A stretch of DNA of 64,000 nucleotides, from the NCBI GenBank assembly GCA_964016885.1, contig OZ024743.1:171926001-171990000 (forward strand), given 5' to 3'. Position numbers and translations under genes: made by a program. The first letter of the stretch is position 1, and each line of letters starts with the position of its first letter. Below the pieces are notes generated by a model. That model did not search any database. It saw nothing but the letters and a program-made list of their open reading frames with translations, and was not told the origin of the DNA. This document shows, piece after piece, positions 12,450-25,555 of the stretch. The DNA is from Eledone cirrhosa. Taxonomy: Eukaryota.

Positions 12450-14100
12450 AGAGCAGTGTCAGTCAGTAGAGATAGAACCGCATGTTTGACAACGACCAGA
12501 AGATGTTGTTTGGACAGCTTGAAGGGAAAGAAAGAGGCAACGACTTGATCCCTGAGGCGGAACAAACTAAGACATTCTGGAGAGGAATATGGGAGCAGGA
12601 TGTTAAACATAATGACCAGGCAGTGTGGATTGAGACAGTACAGAAGGAGATCAGTGAACAGGCACACCAACAAACTGATTTGAGTATCACAGTTAAAACT
12701 CTTAAGGGGCAGGCCAAAAAACTAACCAACTGGAAATCACCAGGTCCAGATGGTGTGCAGGGGTATTGGATTAAAAATATAACATCCCTCCACACGAAAC
12801 TGACAACCATGTTCAATGACTGCCTGATGTCATGTGAGGTACCAGAGTCGTTGACAAAAGGTTCCACGGTTCTGGTAATGAAAGACCGAATCAAGGGTAA
12901 TGATGTTACCAAATATAGACCTATCACATGTCTGTCCGTAATGTGTAAACTGTTGACAAGCATTGTGTCTAAGGAAATCTACCATCACCTCCACACAAAC
13001 AACTTCTTACCGGACAAACAGAAAGGATGCCGAAAGAAGTCCCGTGGTACAAAGGACCAGTTACTTATTGATAAGATGGTAATGAGGAATTGCAAGAGGA
13101 GACACACTGGTTTTGTCATGGGATGGATATACTACAAAAAGGCATTTGACATAGTGCCTCATTCTTGGATCAACAAAATCCTAGAGATCTTCAAGGTGGC
13201 AGATAACATCAGACAGTTGTTGAGCAAAAGTATGAAGTCCTGGGAAACAGAGTTAACATCAGCTGGAGAATCCTTGGGAGGCGTGAAGATCAAGAGAGGG
13301 AAGATCCTGGGAGATAGTCTGTCGCCTCTGTTGTTTGTCCTTGCTCTGATGCCCCTGACTATTATACTGCGAAAAGTGAGAGCAGGATACAATTTGGGAA
13401 AGGGAGAGCTTACCATCAATCACCTCCTCTTCGTGGACGATCTTAAGCTCTTCGGGAAGAGTGAGAGGGAGTTGGATGTGCTTGTTGACACTGTCCGCAT
13501 TTTCAGCAATGATATATGTATGCAATTTGGTATTAGTAAGTGTGGAGTCCTTGTGATGAGGAGGGGTAAATTGAGTAGAAGTAACGGAATCCAGATACCA
13601 ACAGAGGAGATGATAAAGAAATTGACTCTGAGGAAGGATACAAGTATTTGGGCGTTCTGGAGGCTGATGACATCAAGAACAAAAAAATGAAGGAATTGAT
13701 AAGAACTGAATACCTTCGAAGAGTAAGGAGCGTATTAAAGTCACATCTGAACAGTAGGAATGCCATAAGTGCAGTAAATTCCCAAGCTGTGTCTATTATT
13801 AGGTACAGTGCGGGAATTCTGAGATGGAATGTTGCTGAACAAAAAGAAATGGATAGGAAGACTAGGAAGCTATTGACTATCTAAAATATGTTCCACAAGA
13901 GGAGTGATGTCGATAGACTCTACTTAAAGAGATATGAAGGTGGAGGAGATCTTATCAGCATAGAGGACTGTGTTCAGATGGAGAAAAACAACGTGCACAA
14001 ATGTGTGACTGACAGTAGGGAGCCAATGCTCAAAATTGTACTGAAGGAGAGGACAAAGGACCAAGGGATGTCCAAGGAGGAAATAACAACAAGGAGGTAG
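12450..14100 (+). mobile_element. R4/Dong-clade non-LTR retrotransposon RT fragment
   Basis: ORF 12482-13690: NWKSPGPDGVQGYWIK, YRPITCL, QKGCRKKSRGTKDQLLID, KKAFDIVPHSW, GDSLSPLLF, HLLFVDDLKL; frameshifted continuation to 14100; starts directly after (TAA)n. Confidence 0.85.
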
Positions 14101-14192
14101 AGCAAACTTCATGAAATATATATAAACTAAGTTCACTAATTGTTCATTTCTAATTAATATACACCTTAATTTTATTATATACTTTTTATCAT

Positions 14193-14247
14193 ATTTGTAG
14201 CATTGAAGAAGTCCAAATATCTATCGGCTGAAACCGGTATTATAAAT
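14193..14247 (+). ncRNA. Degenerate type-I hammerhead motif
   Basis: atttgtag ca-TTGAAGA-agtc...ggct-GAAA-CCGG-TA-ttataaat; palindromic stem III ACCGGT; uncompensated C3U change. Confidence 0.45.
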
Positions 14248-15540
14248 TACTTTTTTTTTAATGTTTTTACTGTTATTCTATGACAAAATCGTATCAGCAT
14301 TTTCTAATTTTTTTCTCATTTTCCTAGTATATATCAACTCGTGTGTCAATTCTCAACATTCTAAATATATTACTAAATACTTAGGAGACAAAGCAAGTCG
14401 AATAGAACAGACATAACGTCGGCTGTTTCCAAACTCACTCGATGAACAACTAATTACAAATTGTTAAAATTCGAACTCAGCTAGCAAGAGTGTACATTTT
14501 CGTTAATCAGTGAGGAAGAAGACTTCGGTAAGGTAAGATTGTACGGTACCCGGATTGCTATAACAGCTTCCACGATCCCAATCTGCTTGACATTCACCGG
14601 AAGGTGCAGCCATGTGCAGAATGTTAGGCAATGATATTACACATTACGTAAACTAGGCGTTTGAGATAGTTTCTTCACCAGGAATTCGCCTCTCTGTTAA
14701 GGGAAGACAAGATGGCGTGTTAGTTCCATCAGTTACTGGTTGCAAGTAAAGGCAGTTGTTTTCCCTCTAATGACGCGTGATATCCCATCAAAGAGGAGGT
14801 GAGCCAGGTTTGACCCAGTACAAGGAATCACGTTGGCAAAATATTTCACATAAAAAAATATATGATTTTTGCCAAAAGCACTCTACCAGTGTGCTTTCAA
14901 ATAGAAAATAAATACAGTACAGAAAATAATAAAAAAGATAAATCAAACTATATATATATAATATTGTAAATCGAAGCTTTAGCTGTTGCACAGCAAGTAC
15001 TATTCCATTTGTTTGAGTCAATCGCAAAACATTCAATGGATCGAAAGTTAAAAACATTAGGTCCAGAGGAAACACAAGTTATAAAGTGTGACACCAAGAA
15101 AACCGACTGAAAGCACCGGCTATACATATAACATACCTACAAGGAAGAGGACAAGCAGAATCTCTGCTTGACCATACAAATATACTGTTCATGAAACAAA
15201 GACTATTCCACCCAACAAGGAGTAACATTTCTTAGAACAAATAACAAAGAGCTCATTCACAATATGAAGGTGACACCCCCGAATGGTTAAGAGGTTCTCA
15301 TCGTAATCATTAGGTCTTAGGTTTGATCCTGTTGCGGGGCATTTTGGCCAACCGTTTGGAAGATCGAAGGGGATCTGAAATAACCACAGTTAAATAAGGT
15401 ACTGAGTATGTTCGTAAAGAATAAGCGTATTTATTCCATACAGCACTAGAACTGATTTCATACGAATAAAACAGTTCTAATCATGTAAAAGTAATTTCTA
15501 TATAATACACCTACACACACATTATATATATATATGTATG

Positions 15541-15689
<149 letters not shown>

Positions 15690-16024
15690 CACACGGAAAA
15701 ACGTGCACACATACATATACAAAACTTACAACCCCATACATACACATTAACTCAGGCAGATACACAGCAGACACGTCCGTTAAATGAGAAAGAATGGATA
15801 AGTACACTGGAGCAGGGCCAAAGAGAAAGAAGTGGAGGAGGCATTTTGCTGTGTACTTTAGCATACTTGCGAAATGTCCGACACAACCAAAATAGACTGA
15901 CTTGCACGATAAATCAATGTCGAAAGACGTACGTTGATTGTTTTGGGGGGTTACGATTTGAAATTTCGTCTGAATTTATAAATGCGGGTTTGTGTATATG
16001 TGTGTTTTGTTAGTATGGGCCTGA

Positions 16025-16134
<110 letters not shown>

Positions 16135-17339
16135 GTATCGTAGATTCTTCAGCAGCCATCTAGGAATAAATATAATGATAATTATGATGTTGGTGGCAAC
16201 GACGACGGCAACGATGGTGATGATAACAAAGATGTGTACGATGAGGTCGATGGTGAATGTGAAAGTGAATATAAAATTATATGGAAAGAATTTTGATCGA
16301 TTTTTAACAGCAGCAACAACAACAGACACAACACGTGAGATAAGAGGCTGTGAGTCTAGTAATAGAGCATTTATGGTGCCGGTGTCAGGATAAAATACCA
16401 CTGCTTTTCTTTTGTTTAAGTATTGGGTCGAACACGCCTCTTTTATAATATAACCATATTCTTTTAGCACAGTTCACTCTATTGTATTTTGCTCGTAGTT
16501 CTATCATTCCTGCACCCGTGCTACTGGACACAGTGGAATTTAATCACTATTAACCGCAACAATTGCGCAAAAGTCTGAACAAATCGTAGAGCTTTACAGT
16601 ACAAAATAACATTAAACTACAACAAATAATATAAAACTAGGGTTTAACGTCGACTCTAAACTATGTAAACTGTAAACCACATGGGAAAACAATCAACTGC
16701 ATCATTTCAGACTGAAGACCCTCGCTCCCTGCAAAACATAGAGGAATATTACCTCCCCCTTTGTCCATTTTAAAGCCAGACAAGAAGGCCCACTACTCTT
16801 TTGTGACCAACGTGCTTCTCTGCCTCGTTTCTACCTATATCTAAAAATTCTATTCGTTTCTCTTTTAAATGCAAGCAGTAGGTTGTTATTTGTACTGTAC
16901 ATTTGTTAATATTGAACAAGTTTTAATTTATGTCGCGCAAATTTTATGATTTCGAGTGTCCCATTGTAATTTTCAATATTCACAAATGATTGTTTTTTTT
17001 TTGTTTTTGTTTTTTCACTGTCATTTATTTCCTCTTATCTTTTTGTTATATCTTGTTTAACAGTCTTGATTTCGTTTATGTGTGTTCTTTCTTTAGCGGT
17101 AGGGTGCTGGGAGTGGGACTGCTACATTCTTTCTTGCTACAAACTTATATTGGCTCTTTCGTAGAAGACGCCATTTTAAATAGTGTAAACTCAAGACATT
17201 TTTTTTTCATGACAATAATTTTGTCTAATTTGCGGTCCCCTGTTATAATAAAAAAATGTATCCATTAAAACTTGGTAATAATCCAATTTTCTCAGAGTAG
17301 TTTTACAACACTTCCGCTAAAATACAACAATAAATATAA

Positions 17340-18110
17340 TGGTTTCTGATTTAGGCACAAGGCCAATAATTAAATCGACCTTGTCTTATTGGTACTTTAC
17401 TTTATCGACCCCGCAAACCTAACCTCAGCAGGATATGATCTTAGAACGAACATGTCTGTAATTATGATGCTAAGCATGTTGTCCGGTGCTCTACCAATAC
17501 TGGCATATCACCGCAATATGAATAATTGTTTATAATTTAGACGCTAGACCAGCAATTTGGCGGGGGTAAAGTCGATTATATTCGCGTAGCCACCAGTATT
17601 TGAATGGAAGATTTATCGACCCGCATTAATGAAAAACAGAGTTTAACTCGGCAGGGTTTTAAATCAGAACGAGAAATACTGTAATTACATACTGGGAACA
17701 GAACAATAGTAAAATAGAAAGGAAAACAACAAACATGACATAGCTGGGAGATTTACATTGTGCAAAATTGTGTTTTTTTATAGAAAAGTAATTAATAAAT
17801 TCTAATGGGGTCGTAGCAGCCCCATTGTGTCAAGGGCAGTTTTAAACCTGACAGAGTCCATCCTTTTTCCAGGTCTGAAAGCAGCTGATTTCTTCCAGAG
17901 AATTAAAGTAAGAGAGGGGACGTGAGAAAGAGTAACATATATGAAGAATCGACCTCATTACTGGACTGATACTTTTTTATCGACCTCGAAAGGATTAAAA
18001 TGAAAAAATGACCACAGCGGGATTTGAGCTCAGAGAATGCAGAAAGCCGGAACGAACACTGCAAGACATTCCATCCGACATACAAACGACCCTGTCAATC
18101 ATCCGCCTTA
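17340..18110 (-). mobile_element. Cluster of three decayed SINE copies (~17340-17515, ~17525-17695, ~17945-18110)
   Basis: Each shows tttatcgacc...aa(c/t)ctc(g/a)gc...t(t/c)agaa blocks matching the SINE at 1002-1206. Confidence 0.7.
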
Positions 18111-19239
18111 AATAAGTAATACATATATCTTATAGTAGATAATTAAGTAAGAAACAAGTCTAGGATATTGAAAATAGAAGAGAAACTACACAATGCGATT
18201 CAAAGCACCCAAAGTTGAACTCCACTTTTCTCTAACACATCAAATACAATGCTTACTCCCAGATCTTGTTGCCACCCTACAGCCACATATTTAATGTGAG
18301 TCCATTTAGCCACTCCAATTTCGTTTCTCTTACTCACCTTTCATGAAATTTTCTATAGTGTGCAACCCTTTCTTTACCACTATCTTCCTACTCAAGTGGT
18401 ATTTGAATAAATTGATAAAGACATGGCCTTAAATGAAAATATCTATCTTCAAACCTTTCAATCGCGAACACCATACCATATTCTTCATCATAATCCCTAT
18501 AAAGGGGAATATTGTATTCACTTCTTTGCCACAAGATGGTGGTAGTTCAATCTTCACAATAGACTCAGTTGGCAGTCGGATCTGTCCCGCACACAATAAC
18601 TGTTGTTTGACATAAAACCACAAATCAGTAATGCACAGACGTTAGATAAGTGCATGCCAGATGGTTTTGTTATCCAGCACACAGAGGCTGGGTTGCTTGT
18701 GGCTTTATCAGGGCTGCGCCAGTAGAGCTACTTCTGAACAGGCAGAGCCCCTCTGTAATATTGCCATGATACAGAGTATTATTTATAATACCCGACTTAA
18801 AAGCCCTGAAGAAGAGGCTACCCAAGCTGTCCATGTCGACACCCAAAATTATTCCCAGAGTAGTATTATTCATATTTTCCATTACAGCTCCAAAGAGTGC
18901 TTTCTCTATTTGCCATAACTGCCCATACATACTATGCAAAATAGGTGAGAATTTGCAACCTAGGTACAAGCAGAACAGTCCACGATTCCGAACAATTTCT
19001 ATAAGTTGTTTGCACCGAAACTTACGGTCTTAGACGAACATAATAGAGCTTAATACAATAAAAGTTAAAAATAGAAAGGCTACAAAACAAGTGGAGTTGT
19101 GAAAATAGTCACACATAAACGGGGGAAAGGATTTTATGCAAAATACGTTCAAAAGTTTGATAAATAAAATGCAGAATTAGAAGAAATGTATATGGGAAAT
19201 GCATGATATTTATAGTTTAAAAAATAGGTCAATGAACGA

Positions 19240-19580
19240 AAGAATACGAACACGATTACAAGCGACCGAAATGGGGTTCCCCTGAGGGGCTTTTGGAGTA
19301 ACATTTTAGGTAGAGTGTATAGCTTGGGGATCAGAGAGTCGCTTCATATCGAATCACTACTTGATGTGGTTAGAATGTCTCAGAGAGGAATCGCTGGACA
19401 GATTTTACGGCCAAAACCAGCTGGCAAGAGAACCCGGGCAAGATCGTTGGATAACATCCAAGAGCTCCGCTGGTCTCACTTAGGGATCCTGTCGGGTCAC
19501 TTGGAGACGGTTGTTTCTCACAGGACCTGCTTGAAGGCGTGTTTGAGGACACTGCCTCCACGGCCCTCCCAAAAAGGAGG
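19240..19580 (+). mobile_element. RTE-type LINE 3' end fragment
   Basis: IRESLHIESLL...QILRPKPAGKRTRAR...IQELRWSHLGI resembles the RTE C-terminal GKRPRGRP region; followed by (GAA)n. Confidence 0.55.
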
Positions 19581-19589
19581 AAAAGAAGA

Positions 19590-20290
19590 AAAAGAAGAAA
19601 AAGACGAAAAAGAAGAAAAAGACACAAGAAGAAGAAGAAGAAGAAGAAGAAGAAGAAGAAGAAGAAGAAGAAGAAGAAGAAGAAGAAGAAGAAGAAGAAG
19701 ACAGAATAACAACAAAAATAACAGAGGAAGAAAAACAACAACAACCAGCAAACGGCGACACTAAAAGACAGAATGTAGACGACAACAACAATAAATAAAC
19801 AAAAACAAGAACAACACCAATAATAATTACCACAATAGCAGCATCTGAATTTATTACTTCATTTGCCAGAAATAACATTGCAATATGTCAATTAAACACA
19901 CGAGTTATGATCGTTATCGTCGTGGTAGTCTTCACTAACATCATCATTATCATCGTCATCGTCTTCAACATCATCATCGACGTCGCCGTCGTCACCAATA
20001 ACATCATCATTATCAACATCATTATCATCGTCATCGTTGACTTCACCTTCATCATCATCATCATCATTTTTATTTATCGTCGTCGTAGTCATCATCATTA
20101 TCATCATCACCGTCGTCGTTTTCATCATCGTCGCGACCATCACCACCGCTATTCCTCTCATCATTTTTATCACCGTTGTCGTCGTCATCCCCATAGTCGT
20201 TACCGTCGCTGTCATCTTCATCATCACCCCTGCCGTCATCATCTTCATCATTACTCTCGTCATCACCGTTGCCATCATCACCATCATCAA
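19590..20290. repeat. (GAA)n and degenerate (CAT/CGT)n trinucleotide tracts
   Basis: Direct inspection; they explain the poly-R/F/H/D ORFs. Confidence 0.95.
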
Positions 20291-20563
20291 TCACGATTTA
20301 GAGAACAATCAACGATGATGCCAATACAACACACCGAAATTGTTATTTCTCTATTCTATTGCTATATAATTAAGAATTAATTGCAGCTATTATGTTGAAA
20401 ATCTCCACGTGCGTACATCACACTACTCGCCTACTCGACATACCATACATACCTACGCACACACACACTTGTATATGCGAATATATTCATACATAAATGT
20501 ATATATAGTTATTCTTCTCTCTCGCATCGTCTGCATTTGTTGTGCGTGAATGTATTTGCGTAT

Positions 20564-20614
<51 letters not shown>

Positions 20615-20615
<1 letters not shown>

Positions 20616-21192
20616 CTTGGTCTTAGGTTCTTCGGCGCCGTTCGGCGCATCGAGCAGTAACTACTCACCAACGGTCAGAATCACCGGCGGATTTTTCGCA
20701 TCCGTGCCAAGTGATGTTGGCTACCATCAGGTCTTTTCGGAACGTTCTTCGCCAGGTGATCCCAGTGTAACCCCGCCTGCGTTTGCCGCCGGGTGGAGTC
20801 CAGTTCATCGTTGATTTTAGTGTCATTCGTAGGGCAGGCGCAGAAAATGGCCAGCGAGGCGGTACCGGCGCTCCGTGACCATCCTCCGTAGCGTCCACGA
20901 CACAGGATTTCCTCGTTTCTCACTCGGTAGCGCCAGGACATGCGAAGAATCATTCTTCCAGGTTTCTTCTAGGTTTCTTCCAGGTTTCGCTCGCGTAAAG
21001 CACTGTCAGCAGCAAGATGCTCTTGTACAGGCGCAGCTTCATCCTAGTGCTTATCATGAAGACCACCAGACTGGGCGTAACCGCTGGAAAACTACGGCTC
21101 CTTTGCCGATCCGACAGTTGATGTCGACTCGGCGTCGCCATTGCTTCCAGGATGCTGCCTAGATAGGTGAAGTGATAGAATCCTTCCAGGTC
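20615..21192 (-). mobile_element. 5'-truncated RTE LINE 3' fragment
   Basis: [55 protein letters not shown]...TWRRT; flanked by (TA)n. Confidence 0.8.
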
Positions 21193-21266
21193 TTGTTGTA
21201 TAAATATACATATACATAAATATACATATATATGAAAATACATATATATGTAAATACACATATATA

Positions 21267-21331
<65 letters not shown>

Positions 21332-21613
21332 ATAAATATAAATAGACATAAATAGACATGTATTAAATAGGCAAACTAATCAAGGAAGAGAAGAGGTTGA
21401 ATATTATATTATTTTCCCTGTACGGTTATCGATTTTCAAATCTGTAACCAGTTACTCCACGTGTATATTGGTCATTCAACCTCCGCAACAACTTGTGAGC
21501 CAGTAAATATAATTATTCAAAGGATTGCTGTTGTTTTCTCTGATATTAAATACATGCTATAATTAAACAGATATACACACACACACACGCACACACACAC
21601 ACGCATGCGCGCG

Positions 21614-21669
<56 letters not shown>

Positions 21670-21671
21670 AT

Positions 21672-21715
<44 letters not shown>

Positions 21716-21843
21716 TGAATGTATATATACTGTATTTTGCAATACACTGTATGCTTAATTAAAAGTATTTTGACGACCTAACGCTATTATTTTGAAGTAG
21801 TGACAGTGTCACTTAATTAAATTGTCAGCAAACGGGGGAGATA

Positions 21844-21885
21844 AGCTGACAGAGCTCTGTTTCGTTCTTGGTACTTATCAAAGCT
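21844..21885 (-). ncRNA. Type-I hammerhead, U3-A8 core variant
   Basis: Minus strand: agct-TTGATAA-gt accaaga ac-GAAA-cagagctctg-TC-agct, inside a long outer stem 21825-21907. Confidence 0.7.
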
Positions 21886-22378
21886 CACTATTCTCCCTGA
21901 TTGCTGATAATTATGTGTGTTGGATTCTTATAGAATTCCAGTAATAATCAGGAACTGATTATACAGGGCGCTCGCCGGTCCAGCAGAAATTGAAAATTAG
22001 AATTGGTGCTCTGAAATAGCTATATATATATGAATGTATGTATAGTGTATTTTGCAATACATTGTATGCTTAATTAAAAGCATTTTGAAGACCATACGCT
22101 ACTTATCAAAGCTCACCCTGTTTGCTGAAAATTCAAGTAAGTGACACTGTCACTACTTTAAAACAATAGCGTATGGTCTTCAAAATGCTTTTAATTGAGC
22201 ATACAGTGTATTGCAAAATACACTGTATATACATTCATATATCGCTATTTCAGAGCACCAATTCTAATTTTCAATTTCTGCTGGACCATCGACCGCTCCG
22301 TATAATCAGTTCCTGATTATTACTGGAATTCTATTAGAATCCAACACACATAATTATCAGCAAACAGGGAGAGTAGTG

Positions 22379-22423
22379 AGCTTTGATAAGTACCAGCAAG
22401 TACGAAACAGGGCTCTGTCAGCT
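22379..22423 (+). ncRNA. Type-I hammerhead, U3-A8 core variant
   Basis: agct-TTGATAA-gtac cagcaa gtac-GAAA-cagggctctg-TC-agct; GUC triplet; stem I extends tcagcaaacaggg.../...ccctgtttgctga (22357-22442). Confidence 0.8.
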
Positions 22424-23209
22424 TATCTCCCCTGTTTGCTGAAAATTTAAGTAAGTGATACTGTCACTACTTTAAAACAATAGCGTATGGTCTTCAAAAT
22501 GCTTTTAATTAAGCATACAGTGTATTGCAAAATTATATATATAACATTCATATATATATCGCTATTTCAGAGCACCAATTCTAATATGCATATATATAAA
22601 TATACATATATATGTAAATATACATATGTATATAAATATACGTATATATAAATATGCATACCTATATATCTAAAACAGAGAATAGACATTCTCTGTCTGT
22701 CTGTCAGCTCCCTGAAACTAGAGAATCACCCAACCGATTGTTTTCAAACTTTACACATGTAATACTTATGTTCTTGTGAGTGTTTTGAGCAAAACAATTT
22801 CAAATTTTCAATGCCCTATGGATCGCATTAGGCGATTGAGCGATCTCCCTCTATAATTCTTAGCCTTTCTTTTTAGATAGATACATAGATATAAAGTTGC
22901 GCCCTTATAATATCTGTCAGTATATCTGGCTGTCTGCATTACGACATTATGACGCCGTGTGTGTGTGTGTGTGTGTGTGTGTATGTATAGTGTGTGTATC
23001 TATACATATATATAAAACTGTAGTTATCTGTGTGTCCTCATTTTTACAAAGTCTATACACATCCACATTTCTACTCCAATTGACTTCAAACTTGCATTTA
23101 TATATTCCTTGCGGTCTAAAGATATTAACTTGCAGCTTTTATTTTTCATTTTTCTCTTGTTAAATGGGTGTTAGGCGCCGGTTATCGATCTCCGTCGCGC
23201 CCTTATAAT

Positions 23210-23335
23210 TATTTCTACTTTAGGCACAAGGCCAGCAATTACCCAGTGCATTACTGGTACTTTATTTTATCGACCCCGTAAGGATGAAAGGCAAAGTCAA
23301 CCTCGGCGGGATTTGAACTCAGATCGTAAAGGGAG
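23210..23335 (-). mobile_element. 5'-truncated SINE
   Basis: Near-identical to 1005-1128; 17-bp TSD cgtcgcgcccttataat at 23193-23209 and 23336-23352. Confidence 0.85.
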
Positions 23336-24440
23336 CGTCGCGCCCTTATAATATCTGTCTGTATGTCTGTCTGTCTGCATTACGACATTAAGACAAACAT
23401 TGATGACGTATTATTTTCGCTATTTTCCGTTCATTGACAGGGAACGTCTTCACGAACCAAAGTATCGCCTTCCTGTTTTCCTTCGGTTGCAACGTTTTTC
23501 GAAATATTTACTTCTGCGTTCACAGATTGATTTTTTTAGTTTCAGAAGATTCCGTTAAGGGTGAAAGCAGCGATTCTTTGCTTAATCTGTTATTTTAATA
23601 TATAATATAAGCGATGAAAGCCAGCCCAGTTGCCACTTCTTGCCAATAAACATTAACCCTTTGTGCGCCATTCATCTAACTCTAGACCAACAAATACCAA
23701 CTAAACAAGATCGATAGTGAATGAATCATCGAGGTAAGCAGTTTCCTCCCGAGATGTTAGTTCACGCGGGATTCTCTGCTACACCTTTTCGTAATAATAC
23801 CGAACAGCGTACTGCTGGTGACTCCTTCCTCCAAAAGCCGTACAAAGCGGACATGTGCATCGGGCAGATGGATCGGGTGCAAATCTATACCAGGCCTACG
23901 CGAGAAATTCGCAAGGGACTGCATCGAGAGGGATAGAGAGAAAGAGTAACTTAGTGACAAGAGTGCGAATGAACTTTTGAAGTAAGTAGCCTACGCCTTA
24001 CTGCTATTGCACTGGAACCTTCGGCCAACTTAACCTGTGACTTTCTCTTTCACATTTACTCCAATAGGCCAAAACAGAGGAGTATGAAAAGAAGGGGCTC
24101 AACAATATTCTATGAACAATGCACGTAGACAGCTAAACTGTACTTTTAACTTCTTAATTTTCTCCAAATGAAACAAGTTTCCTGTCGGTATATTTTCGTG
24201 AGTTTTTAACAGGCATTCACAAATAAACGTTTCTCATTGGAGGTGCTATTACCAATGTTCTTACCCGTGCAACACCGAGATACACTGCTAGTATATATAT
24301 TTATATATAGTGTGTAACGTTTTTCGAAATATTTACTTCTGCGTTCACAGATTGATGTTTTAGTTTCAGAAGATCCCGTTAAGGGTGAAAGCAGCGATTC
24401 TTTGCTTAAACTTTAATCTGTTATTTTAATATATATATAT

Positions 24441-25494
24441 ATATACGATATTAAACAAATGGAAACTATATTTATAAAACCATATTTATTTCATTATACA
24501 TATTTCGGGGATACCATATTAAAAATATGGCATGCCTTCTTCAGATAAAATACAATATATAAACATTTTATAAATAATTTTGACGTACCATAAATATTGA
24601 CCAACCGTTATGTAAAAAGCTGGTTTGGTAGTGAGATGTTTACAAATATTTAGTGTTAAGCACAGTTAAAAAGAAAGACAGAGAAAAAGAAGAAATGTAT
24701 GTAAAGAAAAACAGCGAGAAATAGAGAGAGATAGGGGAGAGAGAAATAGTGAGGAGGTGAAAAAAGAGAGGCAGCTGAGGCAACAGATGAATAATAATAA
24801 TTTATCATACAAATTGAGAGATTTAGGAGGGAGGGTGTACTGTAATTATTTAGTTATAGTGTTAAGGACAGTTGGGGAGGGGGCGGAGAGAAAATAAGAA
24901 ATGAAGAGAAAACAGAGAGAGAGAAAGATAGATGTGGGGGGAGAATAGAGGTAGCCCAAATAATAATAATTATATATGGGGAGGTGAGAGAAATAGGAGA
25001 GAAATGAGAGAGAAACAAGAGAGAAACTCGAGAAGCAAAGTTAAAACAACCGATACATAGATTTCATCATATATAAAGAGGGAGGAGAAGAAAGAGCTAT
25101 ATGTAGAGAGAGGGATGATAGATTTACATCTTTACGTTATGTCCTATCAATTTGAATTATCAATTCATATGAATTGGGTAATATAATGTAAATATCAATA
25201 TTCATGAATGAGACATAAATATATAACGTGTGAAAATAATTTTGCTCAACAATGACCATATATTTAGTTTAAAAATTCTGAGATTGATGTACCAAAACTG
25301 AGATAAAACTTCAAAAAATACGGAAATATACATACACATGCATATGCATTTTCCGGAAAAGGAAAGAAAGAGAAAAAGAGAAGGTCATCTCAAGTTCTAG
25401 TTGACACTATAGACATACCCATGATTTTACGTGATCAACTCTGTAATTTCTTGTTTCACAGGAAAAAAAATGTTCTTTGTGTTATAAAAGATTT

Positions 25495-25555
<61 letters not shown>

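Larger units (their letters stand above)
21712..22583. repeat. ~310-bp non-coding tandem repeat that flips orientation at ~22100-22115; units carry a hammerhead (retrozyme/pLTR-like)
   Basis: Unit atatgaatgta...ggtgctctgaaatagc runs 21712-22020, restarts at ~22026, then reads inverted to 22583; diverged relative at 53790-54228. Confidence 0.85.

Noticed and set aside
25440-25470. Splice-acceptor-like tttcttgtttcacag
   Set aside because: It lies inside a Penelope 3' UTR, with no downstream open exon or donor identified.
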